DNA of 62,703 bases, filler included. It is 6 parts of 6 records of this genome, joined end to end, with 100 filler letters (N's around TTAATTAATTAA, not from the genome) between each part and the next. Parts side by side here need not be neighbours in the genome. Positions count along the whole stretch, not along the records: positions 31,558 to 46,538 come from SRR20825019_196; positions 46,639 to 56,754 come from SRR20825019_197; 4 more parts are not named here. One strand, 5' to 3'. How positions within the stretch are numbered: the stretch's first letter is position 1; the number at the start of each line of letters is the position of its first letter. A model generated the notes under the pieces. That model was not told the DNA's origin. It searched no databases and saw only the letters and a list, made by a program, of their open reading frames with translations. A program made the translations under genes and the position numbers. Shown here piece after piece: positions 43,637-54,150 of this stretch.

Positions 43637-44230
43637 GTGCTATAATCGTGGGACTCGATCATCATCTTTCAGCGGCGGCGCTCTAGACTCCTGGTGTCAT
43701 GGTGCCCAATTAGGCCCTTCTTTGAATATGTAAAATTATGACGGGGCAGAGGTTGCACAGCCCTAGCTATAGCTAGCGATAAGAGAGTCACACATGAACC
43801 CACTGACAATGGCTGCAACTGACTGCGTGTTCGGCGGGGACAGGCCGCTGCCGATTTCAGGCTGGACTCGGCCCGCTAGTCGACCGGCGGTGCAGCACAG
43901 TCTTAGGTTAGAGGGTCAATGGGAAAGCCATTGATGCTTCACACTGCGGTATGTATAGGTGGTGGTTAATATATGATAACTACTACAGCGCTCGAGGCTG
44001 ACCGCGCGCAGTGTCGACCAAGCGGCAGAGTCCCGGCCCACTCGCCCCGGGACTAGCTGCTTCATACGTTATTCAGTCCCTAGTAAACCCCGCAGGTCAA
44101 GTTGAAGGACACTATGTACACGGCAAACACCAAGCTAGTACACAAATTTCATTGAATTGTTATCTGAATGTACGTACAACTTAGATCGAGACACTCCTTA
44201 ATTGATGATATGGCCGTAGGGCTTAGGGCT

Positions 44231-46146
44231 CTAATCAGAGCTTCCCACCTTGTCTCGACTGCAGAGGAAACGTGTCTTATAACCAGCCTTGGACTTCTTC
44301 ACTGCTCTTGGACTTAGAACGTAGAGCTCGGCCAGTACCTCATTGAAGTACGCGTTGTTATTATCTGGAGCGACATACGGGAACGCCACTTGATACTTGC
44401 CTCCCGCAAAGCCTTCCTTCTCCCCCATCCAATCCATCGATTTGGGGCTCGTAACAACCTTTCCAGGCTCCACCGCGACATTCTGGCGGTGGAGCATAGC
44501 CAGTGCCTCCTGAGATGACACAAGGGGGCAGAAGGTCACACCACCAGGAGCCACTCGGCTCTTGCGGAACATTCGCTCCAGAGCGTGGTTCGCATGGTAC
44601 AACGAGGAACCGGACCCCGAGAAGTCATCGGGTGCCAAAACACGACGTCCCTCAAACATTTGCATGTCCCGCAACTCGGCCTCGCACCAACTATCAGCTT
44701 TGGTCAAAGTTTTCTCTACAGAGAGTCCGCATACTGCTGGAATGACATCCTTGGTGGTGCCACCCCGCAGCCGCCCGTGAAGATACATCAAATACGTCGC
44801 AACACTGTAGCTCTTCACCTTGCCGACAATCCCACCATAGCCCGATGCTCCGATGTACACTAGGGCTGGAGGCCGGCCATTCTCATCTACCGCATTATCA
44901 TAAAGGGAGGCCGCTAGCTTTCCCAGGACAAGCATCGAGAGTATATGGGTGTGTTGTGCGAGGGCTTGGGCAAAGTCGTCCTCGTGAGCACACTTGAGGG
45001 CCACCATCACGGCCTGCAAATCAGCTCACTTAGTGTCCAATAACAAGACTACGTATATTTTGTACACACCTTTTTGAATTCAGTCCAGTCAGGAATTTTG
45101 GGACCAAGATTGGCTGCGACATCAGCAAACCTACCACGCACCGATTCTTCCTCTAGCTCCCCAAGCCACAAAATCTGCGACTCAACCATTACCCGATCGA
45201 CTCTTCTGGCACCTAGTTCAAATGCCACATCTATGGCATCCATTGCACCACGCCGCAGGGCCTCTCGCTCCCAGCATCGTAGACCCTCCTCCATCCTTAA
45301 CTTGGTATCATCACGCCAGAGCGCATGTGTTTTGCTAATGTACGCGCCGGTCTTCAAGATCTCTTCGTATTCTCCAAAGAGCGACACGTACTCGCTCCCA
45401 CACCTGCTTGGAAGATCTCCTCTTGATAGGGAGTCCAATAAACCTCCGAGAGACTCCACTATACCTTCAAACCTCGCGAGCTCAAACATGTTCAATCCGC
45501 CAAACGAGCCACTCAGCACCACCAGCCCCCCTCCGCCATTCCTGTTTTCACTCCAGGGTTGCAATACCTCCGAGTGCAACCGGTCCCTAACCATAGTGTC
45601 TGCACTGGCCATATCCACTAGATACGGGTCCAAGATAAGATGCGTCCCCGCCATCGAGGTGAAGTAGTCCCCCACTTTCCTTGCCTTCTCAAGTCTCTCT
45701 GTCATCCACCCGTGCTTTGCCTTGGCTCCTAAGATATATGAAAGCACTGTGCCAAGCGAGGGAAAAGCCAGAGTTTGACGAATCTTCTTGATGTTGTTCC
45801 GCTCAAAACTCTCTTTCAGCCCCTCCAAGCTCTGAGAAGACCCATACACAGATGCCCTCTGCAGCAGTCGGGTCAGAGGGCGGACATACAACATGTCCCG
45901 CAGTTCAGCATTTGCTTGCTGATCAGGGACGTCAGAGTGTAGCTTTTTTACAGTGGCAGTTACAACTCTTTCAACTTCCTCCACACTTATCACTTCCATC
46001 TTCTCGTTGATTGACTTGTAGGCTTGCTCGATGGGCGCCCAGTTGACATCATCGGCGTTGAAACCAGCCGTTGCTCCTTGAGGACACAATGCACAAAGAC
46101 ATGCCAGCACCAAGGCACCAACGCAAAACCCTCGCGCGCGGTTCAT
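44231..46146 (-). CDS. Secreted protein, ~619 aa, with a C-terminal phosphoribosyltransferase-like domain; intron 45014-45069
   Basis: MNRARGFCVGALVLACLCALCPQGATA signal peptide; 56-nt GT..GCAG intron fuses two ORFs in frame; VLAPDDFSGSGSSL resembles the type I PRTase PRPP loop. Confidence 0.78.
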
Positions 46147-46334
46147 TATTGGTGTTCTGCTACCGGTGAGAGCAGGGCAGTGCAGGTATTTAAGCCGTAA
46201 ACAGCAGACGGGACTGCAGTGGGGCGGGATAGGTTCCCTTTCTCTGAAACCATACCGACCGTGTCCGGCTGACCCCGATGGTGCTTGCCCACGCCCGTTT
46301 GGGGCGCTGTGGCAGTGGGTTAATTGGACTGAAG

Positions 46335-46510
46335 GGGGAGAGGGCCCGGCTCGGGCCGGGAAAGGACCGGTCGGGCAACTGCGCCGGGGCCGCCGGGGCC
46401 GGGCGTCACCGCCCGGCCACGCGGCGCCCGCGGGGGGCGGCCGGCGCGGCGCCGCCTGCACGGGCTCACCAAGGTCTGTGACGCGGCGCGTGGTACCCCG
46501 CCGGTCCCGT
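46335..46510. promoter_or_regulatory. Extreme-GC island upstream of the PRTase-like gene
   Basis: GGCC/CCGG-dense block 190-360 nt upstream of ATG 46146. Confidence 0.55.
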
Positions 46511-46538
46511 CAGTTCCCCGAAGGGGTCTCTCTTAGGG

Positions 46539-46638
46539 NNNNNNNNNNNNNNNNNNNNNNNNNNNNNNNNNNNNNNNNNNNNTTAATTAATTAANNNNNN
46601 NNNNNNNNNNNNNNNNNNNNNNNNNNNNNNNNNNNNNN
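46539..46638. other. Synthetic contig spacer
   Basis: Same linker. Confidence 0.99.
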
Positions 46639-47895
46639 CATCGACACATGGTCTTCCTGATTGGCGGAAGTGGGCGTCGAATCCACGGAAGCCGGATGCG
46701 ACATCTGCTTGTTCTCGCTCATCAGCGCCGCCGAGGTCACTTCGGCAATCATCAGCCCCGAATTGAGCCCCGGCTTCCTGGCCAGAAATGCCGGCAGTCC
46801 GAACGAAAGCGCAGGATCCACCAGAAGCGCAATGCGCCTTTGCGCAATCGCGCCAACCTCGCAGATGGCAAGCGCAATCTGATCGGCAGCCAGCGCCACC
46901 GGCTCGGCATGGAAATTACCGCCCGAAACCACCGTACCGTCCGACAAAACCAACGGATTGTCGGTCACCGCATTGGCCTCGATGGTCAGCGTGTGCGCCG
47001 CCTGGCGCAAGAGGTCGAGGCACGCCCCGTCCACCTGCGGCTGGCAGCGAATGCAATAGGGATCCTGCACCCGCTCATCGCCTTCCAGATGGCTTTCGCG
47101 GATCTGCGAGCCCTCAAGCAGCGCCCACAGTGCTGCCGCCGTGTCGATCTGCCCCTGATGTCCGCGCAGCGTGTGGATTTCCGGATGAAACGGTGCGGAA
47201 GAGCCCATGGCCGCGTCGGTCGACAACGCCCCGGTGATCAGCGCCGAGCGTGCCGCGCGATGCGCCCGGAACAGACCGGTCAGCGCCAGCGCGGTGGAAA
47301 CCTGCGTGCCGTTGATCAGCGCCAGCCCTTCCTTGGCCTTGAGAACCAGCGGCGAAAGTCCCGCCTTGCGCAACGCTTCGCTGCCCGAAAGCCGCTCGCC
47401 TTTGAAGAAGGCCTCGCCCTCGCCCATCATGGCAGCGGCCATGTGGGCAAGCGGCGCCAGATCGCCCGAGGCGCCCACCGAGCCCTTTTCCGGAATCACC
47501 GGCACGACACCCCGCGCCAGCATCTCTTCGATCAGTTTCACCACCTCCATGCGGACACCGGAGGCTCCACGTCCGAGAGACAGAAGCTTGAGCGACATGA
47601 TCAGCCGCACGATGCTTTCATCAAGCGGCGCACCGACGCCGCAGCAATGGGACAGAATGAGATTGCGCTGAAGCGTCTCCACATCGTGCGGCGGGATGCT
47701 CACGCTGGCGAGTTTTCCGAAACCGGTATTGACGCCATAGACAGCCGCATTGCCGCGCGCGATCTGATCTATCCGCTCCGCTGCCGCCTCGATGCCAGCA
47801 TGGCAGCCCTTGTCGAGGCGTACAGGTGTGCCATCGCGCCAGATATGTTCCAGATCCCGGATCGTCACCGCACCGGGCGACAGAACAAGCGTCAT
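46639..47895 (-). CDS. hutH: Histidine ammonia-lyase, 3' truncated
   Basis: [20 protein letters not shown] (MIO-forming ASG), [28 protein letters not shown]. Confidence 0.97.
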
Positions 47896-49100
47896 GCATG
47901 ATCTCCTGAAACAAGGCGATGCAGCGGATTGAAACCGATGCGATAGGCAAGCTCGGCGGGATGCTCGACATCCCAGATGGCGATCTCGGCGCGCTTGCCG
48001 GCCTCGATCGTGCCAATCTCATCGGCGAGCCCCAGAGCGCGTGCCGCTTCACGCGTCGCCCCGGCCAGCGCTTCTTCCGGCGTCATGCGGAACAGCGTGC
48101 AAGCCATGTTGATGGTCAAAAGCAGTGAGGCGAGCGGCGAGGAGCCAGGATTGCAGTCGGTGGCAACCGCAATCCGCACCCCATGCTTCCTGAGCGCGGC
48201 AAGCGGAGGATGCTGCGTCTCGCGCAAAGTATAGAAAGCGCCCGGCAGCAACACCGCCACCGTCCCCGCCGCGGCCATGGCCGCAACGCCCTCTTCGTCG
48301 AGATATTCCAGATGGTCCGCTGACAGCGCACCGTAGGATGCCGCCAGTCTCGCTCCACCCAGGTTGGAAAGTTGCTCGGCATGTAGTTTTACCGGCAGAC
48401 CAAGCGCCCGCGCCTTATCGAACACCCGGGCCATCTGCTCCGGCGAAAACGCGATCCCTTCGCAGAACCCGTCAACCGCATCAGCCAGTCCCTCGGCCTG
48501 GGCCATCTCCATGCCCGGAAGCACGACCTCATCGATATAAGCGTCTTCCTTGCCGCGATATTCCGCCGGCACCGCATGGGCGGCAAGATAGCTCGTCCTG
48601 ATCCGCACCGGGCGCAGCGTTGCCAGACGGCGCGCAGCACGCAGCATCTTTAATTCATCTTGAATGGCGAGCCCGTAGCCCGACTTCACTTCAACTGTTG
48701 CGACACCTTCGGCCAAAAGCGCGTCAAGCCGCTTCAGCGCATCTTCGACCAGCGCGTCCTCACTCATCGCACGGGTCGCCGCGACGGTGGAAACAATGCC
48801 GCCGCCCGCGCGCGCCACTTCCTCGTAGCTCGCACCCTCGAGCCGCATCTCGAACTCTCTTGCCCGATTGCCTCCGAAAACAAGGTGCGTATGGCAATCC
48901 ACCAGCGCTGGCGTCGCAAGCCGCCCGTCGAAATCGACACGTTTCCAATCGAGAAATGCGTCGGGCAATTCATTCGACACACCGGACCAGGCGATCTTAC
49001 CATCGCTGATCGCGATAGCTGCATCCTCTGTCAGCCCGTAGGATCCGGAATTCTCGCACATGCTTGCCAAGCGGATACCGCTGATGACACTCTGCTTCAT
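47892..49100 (-). CDS. hutI: Imidazolonepropionase
   Basis: [40 protein letters not shown]. Confidence 0.97.
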   Translation of the reverse strand: MKQSVISGIRLASMCENSGSYGLTEDAAIAISDGKIAWSGVSNELPDAFLDWKRVDFDGRLATPALVDCHTHLVFGGNRAREFEMRLEGASYEEVARAGGGIVSTVAATRAMSEDALVEDALKRLDALLAEGVATVEVKSGYGLAIQDELKMLRAARRLATLRPVRIRTSYLAAHAVPAEYRGKEDAYIDEVVLPGMEMAQAEGLADAVDGFCEGIAFSPEQMARVFDKARALGLPVKLHAEQLSNLGGARLAASYGALSADHLEYLDEEGVAAMAAAGTVAVLLPGAFYTLRETQHPPLAALRKHGVRIAVATDCNPGSSPLASLLLTINMACTLFRMTPEEALAGATREAARALGLADEIGTIEAGKRAEIAIWDVEHPAELAYRIGFNPLHRLVSGDHA

Positions 49101-49172
49101 GACAGGAAGACCCCTCCCTCCTTGTACAGGGCATATTGCCTAAGCGCGCTTTATTGTCTAGTATTATTCCTA

Positions 49173-49186
49173 TATGTATAGACATA
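49173..49186. promoter_or_regulatory. HutC operator
   Basis: Near-perfect palindrome TATGTATAGACATA in the divergent hutI/hutF gap, matching the known TGTA-N2-TACA-type hut operator. Confidence 0.8.
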
Positions 49187-49208
49187 ATTAATCTAGGACT
49201 GGCACGCG

Positions 49209-50579
49209 ATGCAAGCCATTTTTGCGCAGAATGCTCTCACACCAGACGGTTGGCAAAAAGATGTGCTTGTCGAGCTTAGTGATTCGGGCCGCATCAGCAA
49301 CGTGACAGTCAAAGCGCAACCGGTCGATGGCAGAACGACCAGTGTTCCGCTCCTCCTTCCCGCCATGTGCAACCTGCATAGCCATACCTTCCAGCGCGCC
49401 ATGGCTGGCCTTGCCGAGCGGCGGGGCCCGGCTGGCCGCGACAGCTTCTGGACCTGGCGGGAAATCATGTACCGCTTTCTGGACCTGCTATCGCCAGACG
49501 ATGTGGAAGCCATTGCCGCTTTCGCCTTCATGGAAATGCAGGAAGCGGGCTTTGCCGCCGTTGCGGAGTTTCATTATGTCCACCATCAGCCGGGCGGTGC
49601 GGCCTACAGTGACGTCGGAGAACTGTCAGCACGCATCGCGAGTGCCGCAGAGCAGACAGGGATCGGCCTCACACTGCTGCCAGTCCTGTATCGCTATGGC
49701 GGCGTTGACCAGCGACCACTTCAAGGTGGCCAACAGCGGTTTGGCAACGATCTCGACCGATACCAGAAGCTGCTTGCCCGCGCCGAAGAGTGCGTGGCCA
49801 ATCTGTCAGCGGATGCGCATCTCGGCGTCGCGCCGCATTCACTCCGCGCGGTCGGCCTTGATGACCTTCGCGAGGCTCAGTCCATGCGCCCGGATACACC
49901 GATCCACATGCACATCGCCGAGCAACTGCCGGAGATCGACGAGGTGCGCGCGGCCTACGGACAACGTCCGGTGGAATGGCTGCTCGACAATTGCGGCGTC
50001 AACGAGCGCTGGTGCTTGATCCATTGCACCCACATGACCGACGAAGAAACCGCAAATCTGGCCGAAACCGGCGCTGTTGCCGGACTATGTCCGGTGACCG
50101 AAGCCAATCTGGGAGACGGAATTTTCAACGGTCCGCAATACCGGCAGGCCGGTGGCGCACTCGGTATCGGTTCCGACTCCAACATTCGCATCACCGTTGC
50201 CGAGGAGTTGCGCCAGTTCGAATACTCCCAGCGCCTGCGCGATACCGCCCGCGTGGTGCTGGCCGGGCACGGGCAATCCTGCGGTCGCACGCTTTATGAT
50301 GCTGCGCTTGCAGGCGGATCACAGGCCCTCGGCCGTGCTTCCGGAGCGATCCAGCCGGGATACTGGGCCGACCTCGTCGCGATCAAGCAGTCCAGTTACG
50401 CGGGCGCAGCCCATGACGATGGTTTGCTGGACGGCTGGATCTTTACAGGTGACAATGGCGCTGTCAGCGACGTCTGGTCGGCAGGGCGCCATTGCGTACG
50501 CGAAGGGTCCCACATCGAACGCGAAACCATCGCTGCGCGCTATGCGCAGACGATACAAAATCTGATGGAGTTGCTGTGA
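49209..50579 (+). CDS. hutF: Formimidoylglutamate deiminase
   Basis: NLHSHTFQRAMAG, DSFWTWRE, EFHYVHH, APHSLRAV, HIAEQ, CPVTEANLGDG. Confidence 0.96.
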   Translation: MQAIFAQNALTPDGWQKDVLVELSDSGRISNVTVKAQPVDGRTTSVPLLLPAMCNLHSHTFQRAMAGLAERRGPAGRDSFWTWREIMYRFLDLLSPDDVEAIAAFAFMEMQEAGFAAVAEFHYVHHQPGGAAYSDVGELSARIASAAEQTGIGLTLLPVLYRYGGVDQRPLQGGQQRFGNDLDRYQKLLARAEECVANLSADAHLGVAPHSLRAVGLDDLREAQSMRPDTPIHMHIAEQLPEIDEVRAAYGQRPVEWLLDNCGVNERWCLIHCTHMTDEETANLAETGAVAGLCPVTEANLGDGIFNGPQYRQAGGALGIGSDSNIRITVAEELRQFEYSQRLRDTARVVLAGHGQSCGRTLYDAALAGGSQALGRASGAIQPGYWADLVAIKQSSYAGAAHDDGLLDGWIFTGDNGAVSDVWSAGRHCVREGSHIERETIAARYAQTIQNLMELL

Positions 50580-51274
50580 CCGGCCGACGCGCTTCATTTC
50601 GCACCATACGCGACGAGCTTTCCCGGCGCATTGCCGAGAGAGTTTGGCTGCCGGGAACACTCATCCCTGGAGAGGAAGCGCTGGCCGAGGAATTTGGCGC
50701 CGCCCGTGCCACGGTCAATCGGGCCCTGCAGGAGCTGGCCCGCGCCGGAATCCTCGAGCGAAAGCGCCGCGCGGGCACCCGCGTCGCCCTCCATCCGGTG
50801 CGTGAAGCCCGCTTCGTCATTCCACGCATCCGCCAGGAGATCGAAGCGCGCGGTTCCGAATATCAGTACCGCCTTTTGAGCGTGGAAGAGGCCAATGCAC
50901 CGGAAGTCATCTGTGCCCGGCTCAGCCTGCTGACGAAGTCCAACATGCTGCATGTTCGCTGCCTCCATCTGGCGGACCGCGTTCCCTACCAGTTTGAAGA
51001 TCGCTGGATCAATCTGAACACCGTGCCCGATGCCCGCACGGCCGACTTCACGCTGATGGGGCCGAACGAATGGCTTGTCGGCCACGCTCCGTTCTCGAAT
51101 GCGGAATTTACGTTCATGGCGGGTGCTGCCAGTGCCGATGAGGCGTCCCTGTTGCAGATTAGGGAAGGCGACCCCGTATTCATCGGCGAGCGTATCACCT
51201 GGATGAAGGGTGAGCCGATCACGCTGGCCCACCTTGTCCATCCGTCCTCGCATCGCATGGTGACACATCTGTGA
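50576..51274 (+). CDS. hutC: Histidine utilisation repressor (GntR/UTRA)
   Basis: GntR HTH (PGEEALAEEFGAARATVNRAL) plus UTRA domain; GTG start overlaps the hutF stop. Confidence 0.88.
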   Translation: MTGRRASFRTIRDELSRRIAERVWLPGTLIPGEEALAEEFGAARATVNRALQELARAGILERKRRAGTRVALHPVREARFVIPRIRQEIEARGSEYQYRLLSVEEANAPEVICARLSLLTKSNMLHVRCLHLADRVPYQFEDRWINLNTVPDARTADFTLMGPNEWLVGHAPFSNAEFTFMAGAASADEASLLQIREGDPVFIGERITWMKGEPITLAHLVHPSSHRMVTHL

Positions 51275-51339
51275 GGCACCTCGACAAGCGCCGGCAGAGG
51301 CGTTAGGGCAGGCCAGTCTCATCGTTCCGGGAAATCGCA

Positions 51340-52011
51340 ATGACTGCGCGCAACACGCTCATCGCCCCTTCCATTCTCGCTTCGGATTTCTCTCGTCTCG
51401 GCGAAGAGGTCGAAACCGTCGCAAAGGCGGGCGCTGACTGGATACATCTTGACGTGATGGACGGGCATTTCGTCCCCAACATCACCTTCGGCCCGCCGAT
51501 CATCAAGGCAATTCGTGACCGCACCGACAAGGTGTTCGATTGCCACCTGATGATCACGCCAGCGGATCCGTTCCTCACCGCGTTTGCAGATGCGGGCTGC
51601 GACATCATCACTGTTCATGCCGAAGCCGGTCCGCATCTCCACCGGTCCCTCCAGACGATCCGGAATCTCGGCAAGAAGGCCGGCGTTTCGCTCAATCCTT
51701 CCACTCCGGAAAACGTCATCGAATATGTGCTCGACGAGCTCGACCTCGTGCTCCTGATGACCGTCAACCCAGGCTTCGGTGGACAGGCCTTCATCCCGTC
51801 CGTGGTCGAGAAGGTGCGCCGCATCAAGGCAATGATCGGCGAACGCCCCATCGACATCGAGATCGATGGCGGTGTCTCGCCTGCAAACGCCGGGGAGCTG
51901 ACTGCCGCAGGCGCCAATGTGCTGGTCGCCGGATCCGCCGTCTTCAAGGGCAACAGCGAAGAGGCCTACGCGAAAAACATCGCCGCAATCCGCGAGGCGG
52001 CAGACCGCTGA
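51340..52011 (+). CDS. rpe: Ribulose-phosphate 3-epimerase
   Basis: [48 protein letters not shown]. Confidence 0.98.
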   Translation: MTARNTLIAPSILASDFSRLGEEVETVAKAGADWIHLDVMDGHFVPNITFGPPIIKAIRDRTDKVFDCHLMITPADPFLTAFADAGCDIITVHAEAGPHLHRSLQTIRNLGKKAGVSLNPSTPENVIEYVLDELDLVLLMTVNPGFGGQAFIPSVVEKVRRIKAMIGERPIDIEIDGGVSPANAGELTAAGANVLVAGSAVFKGNSEEAYAKNIAAIREAADR

Positions 52012-52028
52012 CCCTCGATTGCGCCAAT

Positions 52029-52068
52029 AAAAAAAGCCGCGCGGACAATGTCCGGCGCGGCTTTTTTT
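52029..52068. terminator. Bidirectional intrinsic terminator between rpe and pal
   Basis: A7-GCCGCGCGGACA-a-TGTCCGGCGCGGC-T7 hairpin between convergent genes. Confidence 0.92.
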
Positions 52069-52086
52069 CGTTCCTGGTGCAGAAGC

Positions 52087-52596
52087 TTAGCTGCTGCCAC
52101 CATTCAGCACCGTGACAGCACGGCGGTTCTGCGACCAGCAGGAGATGTCGTCGCAGGTCGCGACCGGACGCTCCTTGCCGTAGGAGATGGTGCGAATACG
52201 ATTGGCGGCCACACCGCGGGCAACCAGGAAGTCCCGGGCAGAAGCTGCGCGGCGCGCACCGAGCGCAAGGTTGTACTCACGCGTGCCGCGTTCGTCCGCA
52301 TGGCCTTCGACAGTGATCGAATAATTCGTATACTTGTTCAGCCACTGTGCCTGGCGCGTCAGCACCTGCTGCGCATCCGCACGGATCACCGACGAGTCGA
52401 GGTCGAAGAAAATCCGGTCGCCCACGCTGACGGTGAATTCCTGCTGCGATCCGGGAGGACCGCCTGCACCGCCGAGACCGATATCGGCCGCGTTGTTGGG
52501 AACCTGCTTATTGGCACACCCGGCCAGGGCAAGGGCCGCTACCAGAGCGATGCCAACCGGGTTTTTGGCGATAGCTGCAATCGACAGCATTGCCAC
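52087..52596 (-). CDS. pal: Peptidoglycan-associated lipoprotein
   Basis: LAGC lipobox; VEGHADERGTREYNLALGARRA; SYGKERP; NRRAV. Start is uncertain (GTG 52596 or ATG 52590). Confidence 0.97.
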   Translation of the reverse strand: MAMLSIAAIAKNPVGIALVAALALAGCANKQVPNNAADIGLGGAGGPPGSQQEFTVSVGDRIFFDLDSSVIRADAQQVLTRQAQWLNKYTNYSITVEGHADERGTREYNLALGARRAASARDFLVARGVAANRIRTISYGKERPVATCDDISCWSQNRRAVTVLNGGSS

Positions 52597-52647
52597 CTCT
52601 CCTTCAGATTAGAGATATTTTGTTCAACGATCAGTAACCACGTTGCC

Positions 52648-52663
52648 GTTAAGGACCCCTCAA
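52648..52663 (-). promoter_or_regulatory. Candidate CtrA box upstream of pal
   Basis: Minus strand TTGA-N7-TTAAC, one mismatch to TTAA-N7-TTAAC. Confidence 0.55.
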
Positions 52664-52772
52664 GAAACGCGGTTAACAAACCCCTATCGATACAAATCAG
52701 AACCGTTATTTCGCGCAAACTAGCTTAAAATGCGGCGGAAACGCGGCGTTTCAGTCAGAGCTCGCGGCTATC

Positions 52773-54086
52773 CTACTCAAGAAGCGGCGACCATGCCGGG
52801 TCCGAACCGTAATTCGCGGTCGGGATTTTCTGCTCGTTGCGCCCCGTCAGGTCGATCGAATAGAGCTGCGGACCAGCCGAGCCCGCGGGCTGACGGAAGA
52901 ACATGATCACGCGACCGTTGGGCGCCCAGGTCGGCCCTTCCTGAAGGAAGCCGGAGGACAGAATGCGTTCGCCGGAACCGTCCGTCCGCATCACACCGAT
53001 CTGAAATTGACCGCCCGTCTGCTTGGTGAAGGCGATCAGATCGCCGCGCGGCGACCACACGGGCGTCGAGTAGGTTCCATCACCGAAGGAAATACGCTTG
53101 GCATCCCCACCGCTAGCGCTCATCACATAGATCTGCGCCCGTCCGCCACGATCGGACGTGAACACGATTTGCGAGCCGTCCGGCGAATAGGACGGCGACG
53201 TATCAATCGCGTTCGAGGTTGTCAGACGCGTTGTATTGCGGCTTCTCAGATCCATCGCGAAAATATTGGAATTGCCGTCGTCGCGCAGCAGGCTCATCAC
53301 GATCTGCTGACCATTGGGCGAGAAACGCGGCGCAAAGGTCATGCCCGGGAAATTGCCGACGAGTTCGCGCTGACCGGTCTCAAGCTGCAGCAGATAGACC
53401 TGCGGCTGCCCGCCCTCATAGGACATGTAGGTGATTTCCTGACGCGTCGGCGAGAAACGCGGCGTCAGAACGATGGCGCGCCCGTCGGTCAGGAAGCGCT
53501 GGTTCGCGCCGTCCTGATCCATGATCGCAAGCCGTTTCACGCGGTTGTTGCGCGGGCCGGACTCGTCCACATACACGATGCGCGTGTCAAAATACCCGGT
53601 TTCGCCGGTCAGCCGCTGGTAGATCGCGTCTGCGATGATGTGCGCAACACGCCGCCATTTGTCCTTGCTGGTGAAGAACTGCTCACCGACGAGCTGCTGG
53701 CCTGCATAAGTATCCCACAACCGGAACTCTGCCTTCAACCGCCCGTCCGGCGTCTCCGAAACCTTGCCGGTCACCAGCGCCTGCGCGTTGATCACCGTCC
53801 AGTCCTGAAAACGCGGCGCAGCATCCGGATTGGAGATTTTTTCGATAAAGGCGCCCTTCTCAATGGGCGCAAACAGGCCGGAACGCCGCAGGTCGGCTTC
53901 AACGACGCTGGCGATCTCCGCCCCTTTTCCATCCGCGGAGATAAACTCCGTGATGGCAATCGGCAGCGGTTCCACCACACCCTTGTTGATGTCGATCTCG
54001 ACCACTGCCCTTGCCGGCAGCACCGCAATGCCAAGCCCTGCGACCAGCGTCGCGATCAGGAAGGTCGCTCTCATGATCATCTGCAT
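52773..54086 (-). CDS. tolB: Tol-Pal beta-propeller protein TolB
   Basis: Signal peptide, TolB N-domain ([24 protein letters not shown]), PD40 repeats (PRFSP, PVWSP, PAWSP). Confidence 0.97.
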   Translation of the reverse strand: MQMIMRATFLIATLVAGLGIAVLPARAVVEIDINKGVVEPLPIAITEFISADGKGAEIASVVEADLRRSGLFAPIEKGAFIEKISNPDAAPRFQDWTVINAQALVTGKVSETPDGRLKAEFRLWDTYAGQQLVGEQFFTSKDKWRRVAHIIADAIYQRLTGETGYFDTRIVYVDESGPRNNRVKRLAIMDQDGANQRFLTDGRAIVLTPRFSPTRQEITYMSYEGGQPQVYLLQLETGQRELVGNFPGMTFAPRFSPNGQQIVMSLLRDDGNSNIFAMDLRSRNTTRLTTSNAIDTSPSYSPDGSQIVFTSDRGGRAQIYVMSASGGDAKRISFGDGTYSTPVWSPRGDLIAFTKQTGGQFQIGVMRTDGSGERILSSGFLQEGPTWAPNGRVIMFFRQPAGSAGPQLYSIDLTGRNEQKIPTANYGSDPAWSPLLE

Positions 54087-54150
54087 TTGCTCCTGCCTCT
54101 CCCGCTTTGGTTAGGCTCAAGCCCCCATCGCCTTGCGAATGGTGCTCAGG

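Noticed and set aside
46533..46538. TTAGGG at the contig end as a telomere
   Set aside because: A single hexamer is not enough evidence.
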